From: Candidatus Saccharimonadota bacterium
GTDB lineage: Bacteria; Patescibacteriota; Saccharimonadia; Saccharimonadales; Saccharimonadaceae
NCBI GenBank assembly: GCA_017455145.1
Contig: JAFTBP010000007.1
Location: 19,505-83,504, forward strand
Length of the DNA stretch: 64,000 nucleotides
Direction of reading: 5' to 3'
The notes under the pieces are model-generated. The model did no database searches and was not told the DNA's origin. It was given only the letters and a program-made list of their open reading frames with translations. This document shows, piece by piece, positions 41,548-51,436 of this stretch. A program made the position numbers and the translations under genes. How positions within the stretch are numbered: the stretch's first letter is position 1; each line of letters opens with the position of its first letter.

Positions 41548-43359
41548 CTATTTGCGTTTCAGCGCTTCCGCATTGGCGATTAGCCTGTCGCGGAACGCAT
41601 TTTGTGCCGCTTCAGTATTGTTATTATCACCCTTCCAAGCCTCTAACGCTGGAGTTTGAAGTGCTCTAGAGAACGAGAACGTTACCGGCCAAGGGAACGG
41701 TCCATTATTTGTTACAGCCTGTAGATTATTCGTAGCTTGTTCTACCGTTTGTCCACCAGATAAGAATACTACGCCTGCCACATTTTCTGGTACGTGAGAC
41801 TTAAGCATCTCTGCTGTCGCGCGCCCAACTTCTTCTGGCGTAGACTGAATTGGATATTTCTTGCCCGCAAGTACCATATTTACCTTTAGGATAGTTGCGT
41901 CTAACTTCACGCCAGCCTTAGCGAGCTCATCAAACAGTACGTCTAGGATTTTGCCAGTCGTGTCTTTACATTGTTCAATCGTGTAGTTTCCATCATAGAC
42001 CACTTCTGGTTCTACGATTGGTACCATATTACAATCTTGGCAAATCTTGGCATATTTTGCGAGTAATTTACAATTTTCTAGAACGGCTTTTTCACTCGGC
42101 TTGCCAAGGTCAATTTCAAACGCTGCGCGCCACTTGCAAAAACGTAGTCCCTGTGCGTAATATTTTGGCAACCTCTCTTTGAGCCCGTCAATACCTTTAG
42201 TGATTTTTTCGCCTAGGTCGCCCAAATCTTCTAGTCCTTCGTCAACTTTTACGCCTGGAATAATTCCATAGGCGGTGAGATATGATACAAAATCGCGACC
42301 GTCGTCACTCTTTTGTCTAGTAGTTTCATCAAACAAGATTACACCATTTACATAGCGTTCTAGTTCTGGTGTAGATAGTAATATATTTCGATAATCGCGA
42401 CGATGTTGCTCGTCATCTGGAATCATCAAGCCTTCAAATTTTTGATGGATGTTTCCGCCTGATTCATCCGCAGCTAAGATACCCTTGCCTGGCGTCATCA
42501 TACTAGACGCAATCATTCTAATATCGGATTCTTCGGCGCGCTGATTTTCTGCGAGCGCCTTAATCTTTTCTACGGCCATTGTACCGGATAGTGAAGAATT
42601 TTCTGCGTTAATCTTTGCATATAGCAAAGCATCTTTTACAGACACACCCTTAACTAACGCACCAAACACCGTAGACGCAATAATTGAATGTACGGTCATA
42701 TGCGTCATCAAATCTGTGCGCTCAATTCTCCAAGCCTGCCTATGGCCGTTTAGAGAAATCTCGCTGTCATTGATATAGCAAATAGAGCCACTAACCTTTA
42801 TATCGTCATCAAGTTTATCTTCAGTAAACACGATACTTGCCAGTTCAATCAAACGTTTGTCCGCCTCTTTCAAATCTTTCGGCGCAAATACTGCTACGCG
42901 TGTATGTTGTGACATTGACAAGAAATTGCGAATTTCTGTGACCAATTCATCCGTCACGCCGGCAGAACGATCAATAAATAGCCACTCTACCATTCCTCTC
43001 GGAACAATCCACTTGGTCTCAGTTCTTTCGTTTGGAACTAGGTAAGTAATTTTATTCCCGTGGCATAGCATATAGCGATAACTATTAGCAACCTGTCCAT
43101 TAGGCACTATTTCTCCACTCGCGAATCCGAGTTTTGCTCCAGCAATTCTAGCAGAGTGGTCAAATCTATTTAGTACTTCAAGTGCGATGGCTGCTCCGCC
43201 ATAAATACTGACCCGACGGAAAAATTTATGCGAGCTTCCGTCAAATCCGAAATCAAGCCACGGCGTCCCGTGCTCGTCTATCTCAAAGTTGTTTAGCCTC
43301 TCATCCATCCTGAGGTAAACATCTTTCAAGATATTCCCAATTATCAAAATATTACTCAT
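41548..43359 (-). CDS. Class I fructose-bisphosphate aldolase fused to an N-terminal degenerate PfkB-like domain
   Basis: C-terminal half has GKGILAADES, VILFDET, KWR, VPIVEPEV, FLSGGQ, FSFSRALQ; N-terminal half has a ribokinase-like start and end. Confidence 0.85.
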   Translation of the reverse strand: MSNILIIGNILKDVYLRMDERLNNFEIDEHGTPWLDFGFDGSSHKFFRRVSIYGGAAIALEVLNRFDHSARIAGAKLGFASGEIVPNGQVANSYRYMLCHGNKITYLVPNERTETKWIVPRGMVEWLFIDRSAGVTDELVTEIRNFLSMSQHTRVAVFAPKDLKEADKRLIELASIVFTEDKLDDDIKVSGSICYINDSEISLNGHRQAWRIERTDLMTHMTVHSIIASTVFGALVKGVSVKDALLYAKINAENSSLSGTMAVEKIKALAENQRAEESDIRMIASSMMTPGKGILAADESGGNIHQKFEGLMIPDDEQHRRDYRNILLSTPELERYVNGVILFDETTRQKSDDGRDFVSYLTAYGIIPGVKVDEGLEDLGDLGEKITKGIDGLKERLPKYYAQGLRFCKWRAAFEIDLGKPSEKAVLENCKLLAKYAKICQDCNMVPIVEPEVVYDGNYTIEQCKDTTGKILDVLFDELAKAGVKLDATILKVNMVLAGKKYPIQSTPEEVGRATAEMLKSHVPENVAGVVFLSGGQTVEQATNNLQAVTNNGPFPWPVTFSFSRALQTPALEAWKGDNNNTEAAQNAFRDRLIANAEALKRK

Positions 43360-43397
43360 GCTTTCATTGTACCATAAGATACTGACTAGGGAAACAA

Positions 43398-43423
43398 AAA
43401 ATAACCCCGATAGGGGTTATTTT
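43398..43423 (-). terminator. Terminator after rpmA
   Basis: AAAATAACCCC-GATA-GGGGTTATTTT. Confidence 0.78.
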
Positions 43424-43430
43424 CTAAAAC

Positions 43431-43703
43431 TTAGCGTACTTCAACGCGAATGCGAGGCAAACTTTTGCCAGAGAAATGAGTTTTCTTGGTTTTTACGAAT
43501 GTTACAACGCCATCTTTTGCAGCGTGAATCGTAAAATTACGAGACATATAAGTGCCAGGACCAGCAATCTTGGTTGCGCCAGTTTGACGAACTAAAACTT
43601 CGCCATTTCTAACTTTCTGGCCACCAAAACGCTTGACGCCAAGGCGCTGACCCGCGTTGTTGTGGATATTCTTGGCGGTACCGCCAGCTTTTACGTGTGA
43701 CAT
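43431..43703 (-). CDS. rpmA: 50S ribosomal protein bL27
   Basis: MSHVKAGG..., RLGVKRFGGQ.V..G.VLVRQ. Confidence 0.95.
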   Translation of the reverse strand: MSHVKAGGTAKNIHNNAGQRLGVKRFGGQKVRNGEVLVRQTGATKIAGPGTYMSRNFTIHAAKDGVVTFVKTKKTHFSGKSLPRIRVEVR

Positions 43704-43704
43704 A

Positions 43705-44802
43705 TTATTTCTTCCTTAATACTATTATTTCCCGAGCCACAACCTGACCATCTCTAAAGTAGAGTAAATCCTCTTGACTCGTATTTGTGTACTTTATAAC
43801 ATTATACCCCAGCTTGTCCACTTCGTCAAGTATATTTAGCCTCCGATAATGCCCATCTGGGCGAAACCAAGCGGGCAAAGCCATCACTACTGGCGTCCCA
43901 GATTCTAGCTGACTTGACAAATTACGTAAAGTATGGTAATATAGGGGATAGATGTCCGCCACGACTGATTTCATTTTAATATCTGCTGGCGGTTGACTCA
44001 TTGGTGGCCCAAGATATCCTTCAAACGCCACCGCGTCTATTGGCTGTTCCCACTTAAAATCTTGCGCATCACCCACATCAAGTTTAAATTCTCCCTTGCC
44101 TAGCCACTCCAGGTTTTTCTTTGCGAACCCTACAATTCGCTCGCTAGCGTCCGTTCCATATCCACGACGTCCCATCAATATTGCTTCTTGTAGCACCACC
44201 CCAGTTCCGCAAAACGGATCTAGTACCGTAGCCCCAGATTTTAGCGGTCCACAGAGATTGATTAGAATTTGTGCTAATTTTGGTGGCAACATTCCATTTT
44301 TCGCATCTCTAGCCGGACGGTTTTGGTCACGGTCACGATACGCATTAATGTTTTGTACCCCTATTCCTACATACCAATCATTGTTAATTTTAATCAGTTC
44401 ATAGTGTCCAGGTTTTTCGCCTAGCTGATTATGATATACGGTCGCAGTTGATAATTCCGCAGATTTGTTATCTAGTACTCTCGCTGACATCCCATATTTT
44501 TTAAGTACGCGCTTTAGCTTTAGCGCTAGCGCCTGACTTTTTCTAGCACTCGCCCCCTTAGAATAATCCGATACGCCGATGATATATTTAGAAGTATAAT
44601 TTTGCTCAATCAAGAATTTTTCTGGACCGCCTTTTATCGGCTCTGCCAATTTTACGGTCCCACCTAGCCGGTCAATCTCAGGTTTCGCGCTGCTCTCAAA
44701 CGTCGCTAAATTTCCACCAAGATACCGCACTCCCTTGTAGAGTGATTCAAGTTCCGCCAAAGATATTTTTGGCAACCGTCCGAGTATAGCTAGATATCGC
44801 AT
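43705..44802 (-). CDS. Trm11/UPF0020-like SAM-dependent RNA methyltransferase
   Basis: GMLPPKLAQILIN, VLDPFCGTG, EGYLGPP. Confidence 0.8.
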   Translation of the reverse strand: MRYLAILGRLPKISLAELESLYKGVRYLGGNLATFESSAKPEIDRLGGTVKLAEPIKGGPEKFLIEQNYTSKYIIGVSDYSKGASARKSQALALKLKRVLKKYGMSARVLDNKSAELSTATVYHNQLGEKPGHYELIKINNDWYVGIGVQNINAYRDRDQNRPARDAKNGMLPPKLAQILINLCGPLKSGATVLDPFCGTGVVLQEAILMGRRGYGTDASERIVGFAKKNLEWLGKGEFKLDVGDAQDFKWEQPIDAVAFEGYLGPPMSQPPADIKMKSVVADIYPLYYHTLRNLSSQLESGTPVVMALPAWFRPDGHYRRLNILDEVDKLGYNVIKYTNTSQEDLLYFRDGQVVAREIIVLRKK

Positions 44803-44850
44803 ATGTCTATTATAGCATAAAATAGGGAATTATGTTATAGTTATAGTATT

Positions 44851-46050
44851 ATGAAGGAGAACAGAATTCCTCTAGCGGAGCGAATGCGTCCTAAGATTTT
44901 GGACGAAGTTGTTGGGCAGTCTGAGATTATTGGCGACGGTAAAATTTTGACAGAAATCGTCAAAAAAGGCGAGCCGGTCAACCTGATTTTTTGGGGCCCT
45001 CCAGGTACGGGCAAGACTACGCTCGCTCGCATTTTGGCTCAGGAATTCAAGGCTGATTTTATTGAACTATCTGCTGTTACGGCGCACAAATCCGACGTGG
45101 AAAAAGTAGTAGAACGCGCTAAACAGAACTGGAATCTAAAAACTCGCACCGTCCTCTTTGTGGATGAAATTCACCGTTTCAACAAGGCGCAACAGGATGC
45201 ATTTTTGCCTCACGTAGAATCTGGTCTCATCACCTTAATTGGTGCCACCACCGAAAATCCAAGTTTTGAAGTAATCTCTCCGCTCCTGTCTCGTTCTCGT
45301 GTTGTAGTAGTTGCGCCATTAAAGAAAGATGACATAAAAACCGTACTAACTCGCGCCATCAAAGCCGAAAAAGCCACAAAACGCGTCACCAAAAAAGCTA
45401 TTGATTATCTTGCTGAATTGTCTGGTGGAGACGCTCGTTCCGCTCTCGGCGATTTAGAACTCGCGCTATCTCTTTCTCAAAAAATTGACGAAAATATCGT
45501 CAAAGAGGCTGCCGGGCGCAAAGTTCCAGGCTATGACAAGAAGGGCGACAATCATTACGATAACATCTCTGCCTTCATTAAGTCTATGCGTGGCAGTGAT
45601 GTAGACGCTACGCTCTATTATCTCGCCCGTATGGTGGAGGCCGGCGAAGACCCTAAATTTATCGCTCGTCGTATGGTTATTTTTGCTAGTGAGGATATCG
45701 GTATTGCCGGAAATGGCGCACTAAATCTTGCTGTTTCAGCCTTCCAAGCCGTAGAACGCGTCGGTATGCCAGAGGGTGGAATTATCTTAAGCCACGTCGC
45801 CGTAGTGCTTGCTAAATGTAAGAAAAATCGTGATACGTATAATGGCTGGACTCAGGCCAAGGCTCTTGCTCATAACTCTATGGGATTGCCTGTGCCGATT
45901 CATCTTCGCAACGCTCCAACTAAACTAATGGAAGACCTAGGCTTTGGCAAGGGCCAAAAGTGGGAAGCCGGTTTTCACCTGGACAAAAGTTATCTCCCCG
46001 ACGAAATCTCCGGCCAAAAACTCTTCCACGACACTATAGATAAAAAGTAA
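44851..46050 (+). CDS. rarA: Replication-associated recombination protein RarA/MgsA
   Basis: PLAERMRP, WGPPGTGKTT, DEIHRFNKAQQD, SAFIKSMRGSD, ASEDIG. Confidence 0.95.
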   Translation: MKENRIPLAERMRPKILDEVVGQSEIIGDGKILTEIVKKGEPVNLIFWGPPGTGKTTLARILAQEFKADFIELSAVTAHKSDVEKVVERAKQNWNLKTRTVLFVDEIHRFNKAQQDAFLPHVESGLITLIGATTENPSFEVISPLLSRSRVVVVAPLKKDDIKTVLTRAIKAEKATKRVTKKAIDYLAELSGGDARSALGDLELALSLSQKIDENIVKEAAGRKVPGYDKKGDNHYDNISAFIKSMRGSDVDATLYYLARMVEAGEDPKFIARRMVIFASEDIGIAGNGALNLAVSAFQAVERVGMPEGGIILSHVAVVLAKCKKNRDTYNGWTQAKALAHNSMGLPVPIHLRNAPTKLMEDLGFGKGQKWEAGFHLDKSYLPDEISGQKLFHDTIDKK

Positions 46051-46052
46051 CT

Positions 46053-46865
46053 TTATTTAAATTGCTCTTTGTTAGTTTTGCGCAGTATTTCCAACTGCCG
46101 TGGTTTTGTCTCCATTTCTAGACCATAGGGGCCTTTTTCGGCATTCTTTTTATCGCCAAAAAGCGCGCCAAACAGCGTAGCTTTTCCTAGAGCCTTAGTT
46201 CTTTTTTGCCCATCATATTTTAAAGTCTCATAAAACAACTGATCTTCTAGCTTGTCAAAAAATCTATTGGTAAATTTTTCCGAGAATGTAAAAGCCTCCG
46301 CCTCAATAGGCTGTTTTAAATATTCAAGAAACCGTCCATCGGAACCGTCGCTGTCAATATAACATTTACTGCGTTGGCCGCGGTAAAATTCCGCTCTCGG
46401 ACCGTTATTTTTAATCTGGTCTTCTTGGTAGGCATGCCACATTTCGTGGGCAAGAACACGTACTGGCTGAACAATATTTCCTTCCTTAGAGATTGAATCA
46501 TACGTGCGTTCGGTCTGATAAATATTGATGGCGTTTTCCCGATATTTATAATGCCCGTCCTCGTGGCCCTTTTGGAACTTAGCTTCCGAAATAATAAATC
46601 CGCGAATTCGGGGCGTTTTTATATTCAGCACGTCTGACAAACAATGGATTAGTTTTTTGTAGCCCTCCATATGATCTTCACCAAACAAAAACGCCTCATT
46701 AATTGATGCGACGGTTTCATCATCAAGTTTTTCAACTATCGGGTTCATCAAATTACAATATTCTTCTGACCGTACGTTTTTCTCAATAATAGCTCTAGCC
46801 TGTTGTCTTAGAGTTAGCTCACTATCCTGATTAGCGCTACTATTTATCTGGTTAGGATTTTTCAT
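46053..46865 (-). CDS. Hypothetical HExxH zinc-metallopeptidase-like protein
   Basis: VLAHEMWHAYQ...QPIEAEAF; GGAG SD. Confidence 0.65.
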   Translation of the reverse strand: MKNPNQINSSANQDSELTLRQQARAIIEKNVRSEEYCNLMNPIVEKLDDETVASINEAFLFGEDHMEGYKKLIHCLSDVLNIKTPRIRGFIISEAKFQKGHEDGHYKYRENAINIYQTERTYDSISKEGNIVQPVRVLAHEMWHAYQEDQIKNNGPRAEFYRGQRSKCYIDSDGSDGRFLEYLKQPIEAEAFTFSEKFTNRFFDKLEDQLFYETLKYDGQKRTKALGKATLFGALFGDKKNAEKGPYGLEMETKPRQLEILRKTNKEQFK

Positions 46866-46874
46866 ATTGGACTC

Positions 46875-47768
46875 CTACGCCTCGTTAGCTTTTTCCGTAT
46901 TTGTTTCATCAAGTAGCTCTTCACCTTTTTTCAATAATTCAAGATACGAGCCATAAGAAGATTTAAAAAGATTAATGTCTTCTTCCAAGCTAGCCATTAT
47001 TTTGAGATAGTTTTCTGGAGATACTGCTTTAATCCTTCTTCCTGCCTGATTGTCGTACGAATCAAACTGGTCCCAGCCGTTTTGCCTTCCATATAACTCT
47101 CTAGCTGCATACGCTAGACCATACTCAATATCGCCAAGAAAATGATCTTTTGTAATTTTTAGGGCCGAAATCGTACCCTCCGTACCCTCTTCTTCCGGCT
47201 CTACATAGCGTCTATTGAATCTTCCTGCATCATCTTTTGTATAGTCTATCGCCACTTGTAATGCAGCCATATCTATTATTTCTTTTTTGCTCACTTTGTT
47301 ATTATTAGAATATTTTTCTTTCAGTACACCAATTTCTTCTTGCATCTCTTTCGCTTCTGTGTACCAATATATATATTCCTCAGCCTCATTCTGTTCCGCT
47401 TCTTCACATTCATATTTCCATATTCTGTCATGTATGTATCCAACCAGGCTCTTGTCTTTTTTGTCCGTTTCGTAGTCTGTAATATAATCCAAAATTTGCG
47501 CCATCTCAGATGGGTCGTCATATAGACTGTAGCTACCTTCAGTAGTGGCACCCAGCAAAAACGTGGCACAATCTTTACAATCGGGGTCTTTAAGCTTTTT
47601 TACTTTATCTATAAGCTCTGTCCGCCACGTCTCGTGACTTCCTTCTTTCTTTGAATCTTCTATGATTTCATCCATTTTTGTTGCCGTCTTTGCAATTTCT
47701 TGGATTGGTGAGCTGTGTTCATTATTTGACTCGCCCACGGTAGAAGATATATTATCTTTCTCGTTCAT
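46875..47768 (-). CDS. Hypothetical acidic helical protein
   Basis: 297-aa ORF with GGAGGT SD, no recognised motif. Confidence 0.7.
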   Translation of the reverse strand: MNEKDNISSTVGESNNEHSSPIQEIAKTATKMDEIIEDSKKEGSHETWRTELIDKVKKLKDPDCKDCATFLLGATTEGSYSLYDDPSEMAQILDYITDYETDKKDKSLVGYIHDRIWKYECEEAEQNEAEEYIYWYTEAKEMQEEIGVLKEKYSNNNKVSKKEIIDMAALQVAIDYTKDDAGRFNRRYVEPEEEGTEGTISALKITKDHFLGDIEYGLAYAARELYGRQNGWDQFDSYDNQAGRRIKAVSPENYLKIMASLEEDINLFKSSYGSYLELLKKGEELLDETNTEKANEA

Positions 47769-47785
47769 TTTACCTCCAGCGTCAT

Positions 47786-47967
47786 CCGCTATTAATTTTA
47801 TTCATAGCGGAGGCCCTAAAACTAAATGGAACACTCGCTATGGAGTGTTCGAAGTTCCACTTTCTACAGTAAGTGATTAAACCGACTGGAGCGAGTGCTC
47901 CATCTAGGATTTAATCTTTGCTTACCGTCGTCAATGGTAGCTTACTGCAAAATTAGAACTTCGAACA
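47786..47967 (-). ncRNA. Candidate structured 5' leader / cis-regulatory RNA
   Basis: Starts about 6 nt after TGtTATAAT; 12-bp, 8-bp, 7-bp and 6-bp nested stems plus mutually exclusive downstream hairpins. Confidence 0.5.
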
Positions 47968-48003
47968 ATTTTATTATAACACAATAAGCTCATTGAAGCT
48001 GGA

Positions 48004-48327
48004 CTATAATAGACCTAAGTCTGCATCTTCTAGCGTATGATAAATGCCGATAACCTCGACAGTTTTGTCATTTACCCTGTAAACCATATAGTATTTATAG
48101 TGTTTAAAATGAATGATACCATAACCATTCTTGGCGAGTTTAGGATTGTTGCTTAGGCCAAGACTACCGGCAAGATATGATAGTCGCTCTAACGTCTCCT
48201 CATAATCGTCAATCATCCTGTGGATGGCAAAAATATCGCAATAGTTGTATAAAATATAATCCAAACTATCTGCAAATTTCTTCTCTGCAGTTTCGGAAAC
48301 AACGATCTTATAAACCGAACCTGGCAC
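48004..48327 (-). CDS. RelE/ParE family toxin
   Basis: VYKIVVSETA...YYMVYRV....VEVIGIYHTLED; overlaps the end of the upstream antitoxin. Confidence 0.82.
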   Translation of the reverse strand: MPGSVYKIVVSETAEKKFADSLDYILYNYCDIFAIHRMIDDYEETLERLSYLAGSLGLSNNPKLAKNGYGIIHFKHYKYYMVYRVNDKTVEVIGIYHTLEDADLGLL

Positions 48328-48502
48328 GCAACTCCCTCACGGATGCACGCCCATCTATACATCTACCCTGCCTTATATCTTTCTCGCCCTTTTTAAGATC
48401 TTCAAGGAGTTCACTTATACTGGAAAAATGATAAAAAGGATCCTTCATACCAACTGTAGCTGGTGTTTGTCTAGTCGTAGTTGTTGTATGAAGTATTGTC
48501 AT
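48308..48502 (-). CDS. Cognate antitoxin
   Basis: 64 aa upstream of and overlapping the toxin; DLKKGEKDIRQGR...ELRARFGL C-terminus; leaderless TGcTATAAT. Confidence 0.75.
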   Translation of the reverse strand: MTILHTTTTTRQTPATVGMKDPFYHFSSISELLEDLKKGEKDIRQGRCIDGRASVRELRARFGL

Positions 48503-48619
48503 ATCTATATTATAGCACGTTCGTCAAGATTACAAAATCCGCCTCTTTAAAATCCTAGAAATTATGCTATAATACCACTGTTGTAACAATTGTTGTGATG
48601 CACCTTGAAAGGGGGAAAT

Positions 48620-49327
48620 ATGAACAGGAAGAAAACTCTTGAAATTTGCCGGGATTTAATCGTGCCATATCCCGAGGTTAAAATCGCGGATAATACCCAT
48701 GTCCTTAGCAAAGAATATTCTGCGCTCACTCATAAGATTGACCAGCTTCGTGATGCTAACCTGCCCAGCTCGGTTTTTAGGACCATTATTGAAGAAATTA
48801 CCGAGTTAGAGATTATTGAAGCTACGCGCAATTTTAAGTTGGAAGAATATGAGGTTGAGACGCCCATCTGTAAGATGGTTGCGCATCGTATCGCCGGCAA
48901 GAAAATGGTTCTAGCGCCGATTATGCGTGCTGGACTAGGCATGGAGCCAGCCGTAAAACGCGTTTTTCCACAGAGTCGTACCGGACACATCGGATTATAC
49001 CGTGACGAGGTAACTTTTGAGCCGGTAGAATATTTCTACAAAATGCCCAAAAACGCCGAAGAGCGCGAAATTTTTATCCTTGACCCAATGCTCGCCACCG
49101 GTGGTAGCGCTGATTCTGCTATTTCCAAGCTAAAGAGTATGGGTTGCGACGGCAGAAACATCAATTTTATCTGTATAATTGCTGCTCCGCAGGGCGTAGA
49201 TTTGCTTCAGAAAAAGCATCCCGAGGTTAGTCTTTATATTGGTACGGTAGACCTCGGTCTAAACAAGAATAATTATATCGTTCCGGGTCTCGGCGATGCA
49301 GGTGACCGCATTTTTGGCACAAAATGA
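48620..49327 (+). CDS. upp: Uracil phosphoribosyltransferase
   Basis: IMRAGLGM, GHIGLYRD, DPMLATGGS, YIVPGLGDAGDRIFGTK. Confidence 0.96.
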   Translation: MNRKKTLEICRDLIVPYPEVKIADNTHVLSKEYSALTHKIDQLRDANLPSSVFRTIIEEITELEIIEATRNFKLEEYEVETPICKMVAHRIAGKKMVLAPIMRAGLGMEPAVKRVFPQSRTGHIGLYRDEVTFEPVEYFYKMPKNAEEREIFILDPMLATGGSADSAISKLKSMGCDGRNINFICIIAAPQGVDLLQKKHPEVSLYIGTVDLGLNKNNYIVPGLGDAGDRIFGTK

Positions 49328-49404
49328 CTGTTCAATCTACAAAGCCAAAGGGTTGCGAAATCGCGACCCTTTTGTTATAATATGAATATCACAAATTATT
49401 TTGT

Positions 49405-49480
49405 GGCTCTGTAGCTCAGTTGGTAGAGCAGAGGCCTGAAGAGCCTTGTGTCACTGGTTCAAGTCCAGTCGGAGCCACCA
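49405..49480 (+). tRNA. tRNA-Phe(GAA)
   Basis: GGCTCTG/CGGAGCC acceptor, GAGGC-CTGAAGA-GCCTT arm (G37), CCA. Confidence 0.93.
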
Positions 49481-49629
49481 AGAAAATAAAACAATCCCCC
49501 GCAGGGGATTATTTTTTTGTTTCCTAAATATTTACCACCGCCCGCCAAATCAACTGAGGATGTAAGGCCACCATCAAAAGCTAAAGTCGTAAAATGAAAA
49601 AGCCTGCTAATATAATAGCAGGCTTTAGC

Positions 49630-50052
49630 TTAAGGTTGGCTGCGCTTTGCGACTTTCAATCGGTGTAGAAATTCATCGCGGAAATGCCTGCGCATTGCGT
49701 AATTTTTACACCCTCCGAGCAGAATTTCACCTTCCTGAATTGGTTGCACTACAAAAGGCGCCGGATACTTTAGGCTCAAATTCTCGTGAATGTGGTTAGG
49801 GTCATTCAAACACCCTATAACGATTACGCTAGAAATCAACATCTCTGCATCGTCTCCACAGAGGCGATAAACTTTTGCCCATTCGTCAGGCGAAAGCTCA
49901 GTCTTCAGGTCTTTGATCGCTCGCACACCGTCAATCCTGGAAAGTATCGGCTCAAGCGCCTTTTCTGCTTCAATGTTTCCTTTGCCGAGATCCCGCACAA
50001 TTTCGTGCACATGCTCAATTGTAGGAAAAGCCTCCAAATTTTTTATATCCAT
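49630..50052 (-). CDS. Hypothetical protein
   Basis: 140-aa ORF with AGGAGG SD, TGaTATAAT promoter and terminator at about 49599-49626. Confidence 0.6.
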   Translation of the reverse strand: MDIKNLEAFPTIEHVHEIVRDLGKGNIEAEKALEPILSRIDGVRAIKDLKTELSPDEWAKVYRLCGDDAEMLISSVIVIGCLNDPNHIHENLSLKYPAPFVVQPIQEGEILLGGCKNYAMRRHFRDEFLHRLKVAKRSQP

Positions 50053-50143
50053 ATTACACCCCTCCTTCTATGGTATTTTAATGTGCTATCTTCTCATTAT
50101 ATCACACTTATGTCAAAAAGTCAAGATGTGGTATAATATAACC

Positions 50144-51433
50144 ATGAAAAAGATTAACACCTCCCCAATTTCTGGCATGCAGGAGCTTTTACCTCCAGCG
50201 CAGGCTATTTTTAATAACTATAAAAAAGAAATTGCCGAGGCTTTTCATCTTCACGGTTTCCAGAATATAGAAACCCCGACTATTGACAGAAATGAGGTCT
50301 TATTTGCCAAGGCTGGCGGAGACACAGAGAAACAGATTTATCGCGTGATTAAGACCGACGAATCCGCCGAAGATTCCGACCAATCCCTCCGCTATGATCA
50401 TACCGTTCCGCTTGCTCGCTACATCGTAGAACACGAGAGTAATCTCGCTTTTCCGTTCCGTGTGAGCCAAATCGGTCGCAATTTTCGTGGTGAGCGTGCC
50501 CAAAAAGCTCGCTTCCGCGAATTTTATCAGTGCGACGTTGATGTAATTGGGCGCGGGGAATTGCCATTAAGCTATGACGCAGAAATTATCGCGACCCTAG
50601 TCGACGCCCTAAAAGCATTCAAACTTCCGGATATCAAGGTTCGCGTCAATAATCGTAAGTTCCTATCCGGCGTCCTGGATTTTCTAGGTGTCGCAGATTA
50701 TGCCACGGATATCATGGGTATTATTGACCACGCCGAAAAAGTTCCCGCCGAGAAAACTATCCAAAATCTCCGCGAGCTTACTATTCCAGAAGAAACCGTT
50801 GTAAAAATTACAACATTTATCAACGTTCACGGTTCTACAGACGAGCTTAAAAAACTTGATTTTCTAGATTTTAATGACACTCGCATCGCTGAAGGTTTTG
50901 CCGAGTTAGAATTCGTCATGAATGAGCTTAATCTTCTCGGTCTGTCTGACATCGCCGAGGCTGATATGAAAATCGTCCGTGGCCTAGATTACTATACTGG
51001 CACCGTTTTTGAGACTAACATCCCAGGCTACGAGCAACTCGGCTCTATCTGCTCCGGTGGCCGTTACGACAATCTAGCCAGCAACTACACCGACCAAAAA
51101 TTCCCGGGCGTTGGTGGTTCTATTGGTCTTACCCGCCTCTTTGCCGTGCTCGGCGAGGCCGGTTTACTAGAGAACGCCGTTTCCGCTCCTGTTGATATTG
51201 CTATTATGTGCCTTGGAGACACGCGCCAACCTGCCTACGAGCTTGCCGACAAACTTCGCGCTTCCGGCAAATCTGTTGATGTAATTTTGTTTGACAAAAA
51301 ACTCGGCGATCTCATGCGCCACGCTTCCCGCATCGCAAAATCCGGCATCGTCGTCGGAGAAAACGAAGTCAAATCTGGCAATTTTATGCTCAAAGATTTT
51401 GCCACCGGCGAGCAAACTCCGCTAGAAATTTAG
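50144..51433 (+). CDS. hisS: Histidine--tRNA ligase
   Basis: LRYDHTVP, FRGERAQ..RFREFYQCD, VRGLDYYTG, GGRYD; start reassigned to ATG 50144. Confidence 0.96.
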   Translation: MKKINTSPISGMQELLPPAQAIFNNYKKEIAEAFHLHGFQNIETPTIDRNEVLFAKAGGDTEKQIYRVIKTDESAEDSDQSLRYDHTVPLARYIVEHESNLAFPFRVSQIGRNFRGERAQKARFREFYQCDVDVIGRGELPLSYDAEIIATLVDALKAFKLPDIKVRVNNRKFLSGVLDFLGVADYATDIMGIIDHAEKVPAEKTIQNLRELTIPEETVVKITTFINVHGSTDELKKLDFLDFNDTRIAEGFAELEFVMNELNLLGLSDIAEADMKIVRGLDYYTGTVFETNIPGYEQLGSICSGGRYDNLASNYTDQKFPGVGGSIGLTRLFAVLGEAGLLENAVSAPVDIAIMCLGDTRQPAYELADKLRASGKSVDVILFDKKLGDLMRHASRIAKSGIVVGENEVKSGNFMLKDFATGEQTPLEI

Positions 51434-51436
51434 CTT

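Noticed and set aside
49913-50143. 77-aa N-terminal extension of HisS
   Set aside because: Overlaps an opposite-strand gene and the promoter; TGgTATAAT-N6-ATG marks 50144 as the start
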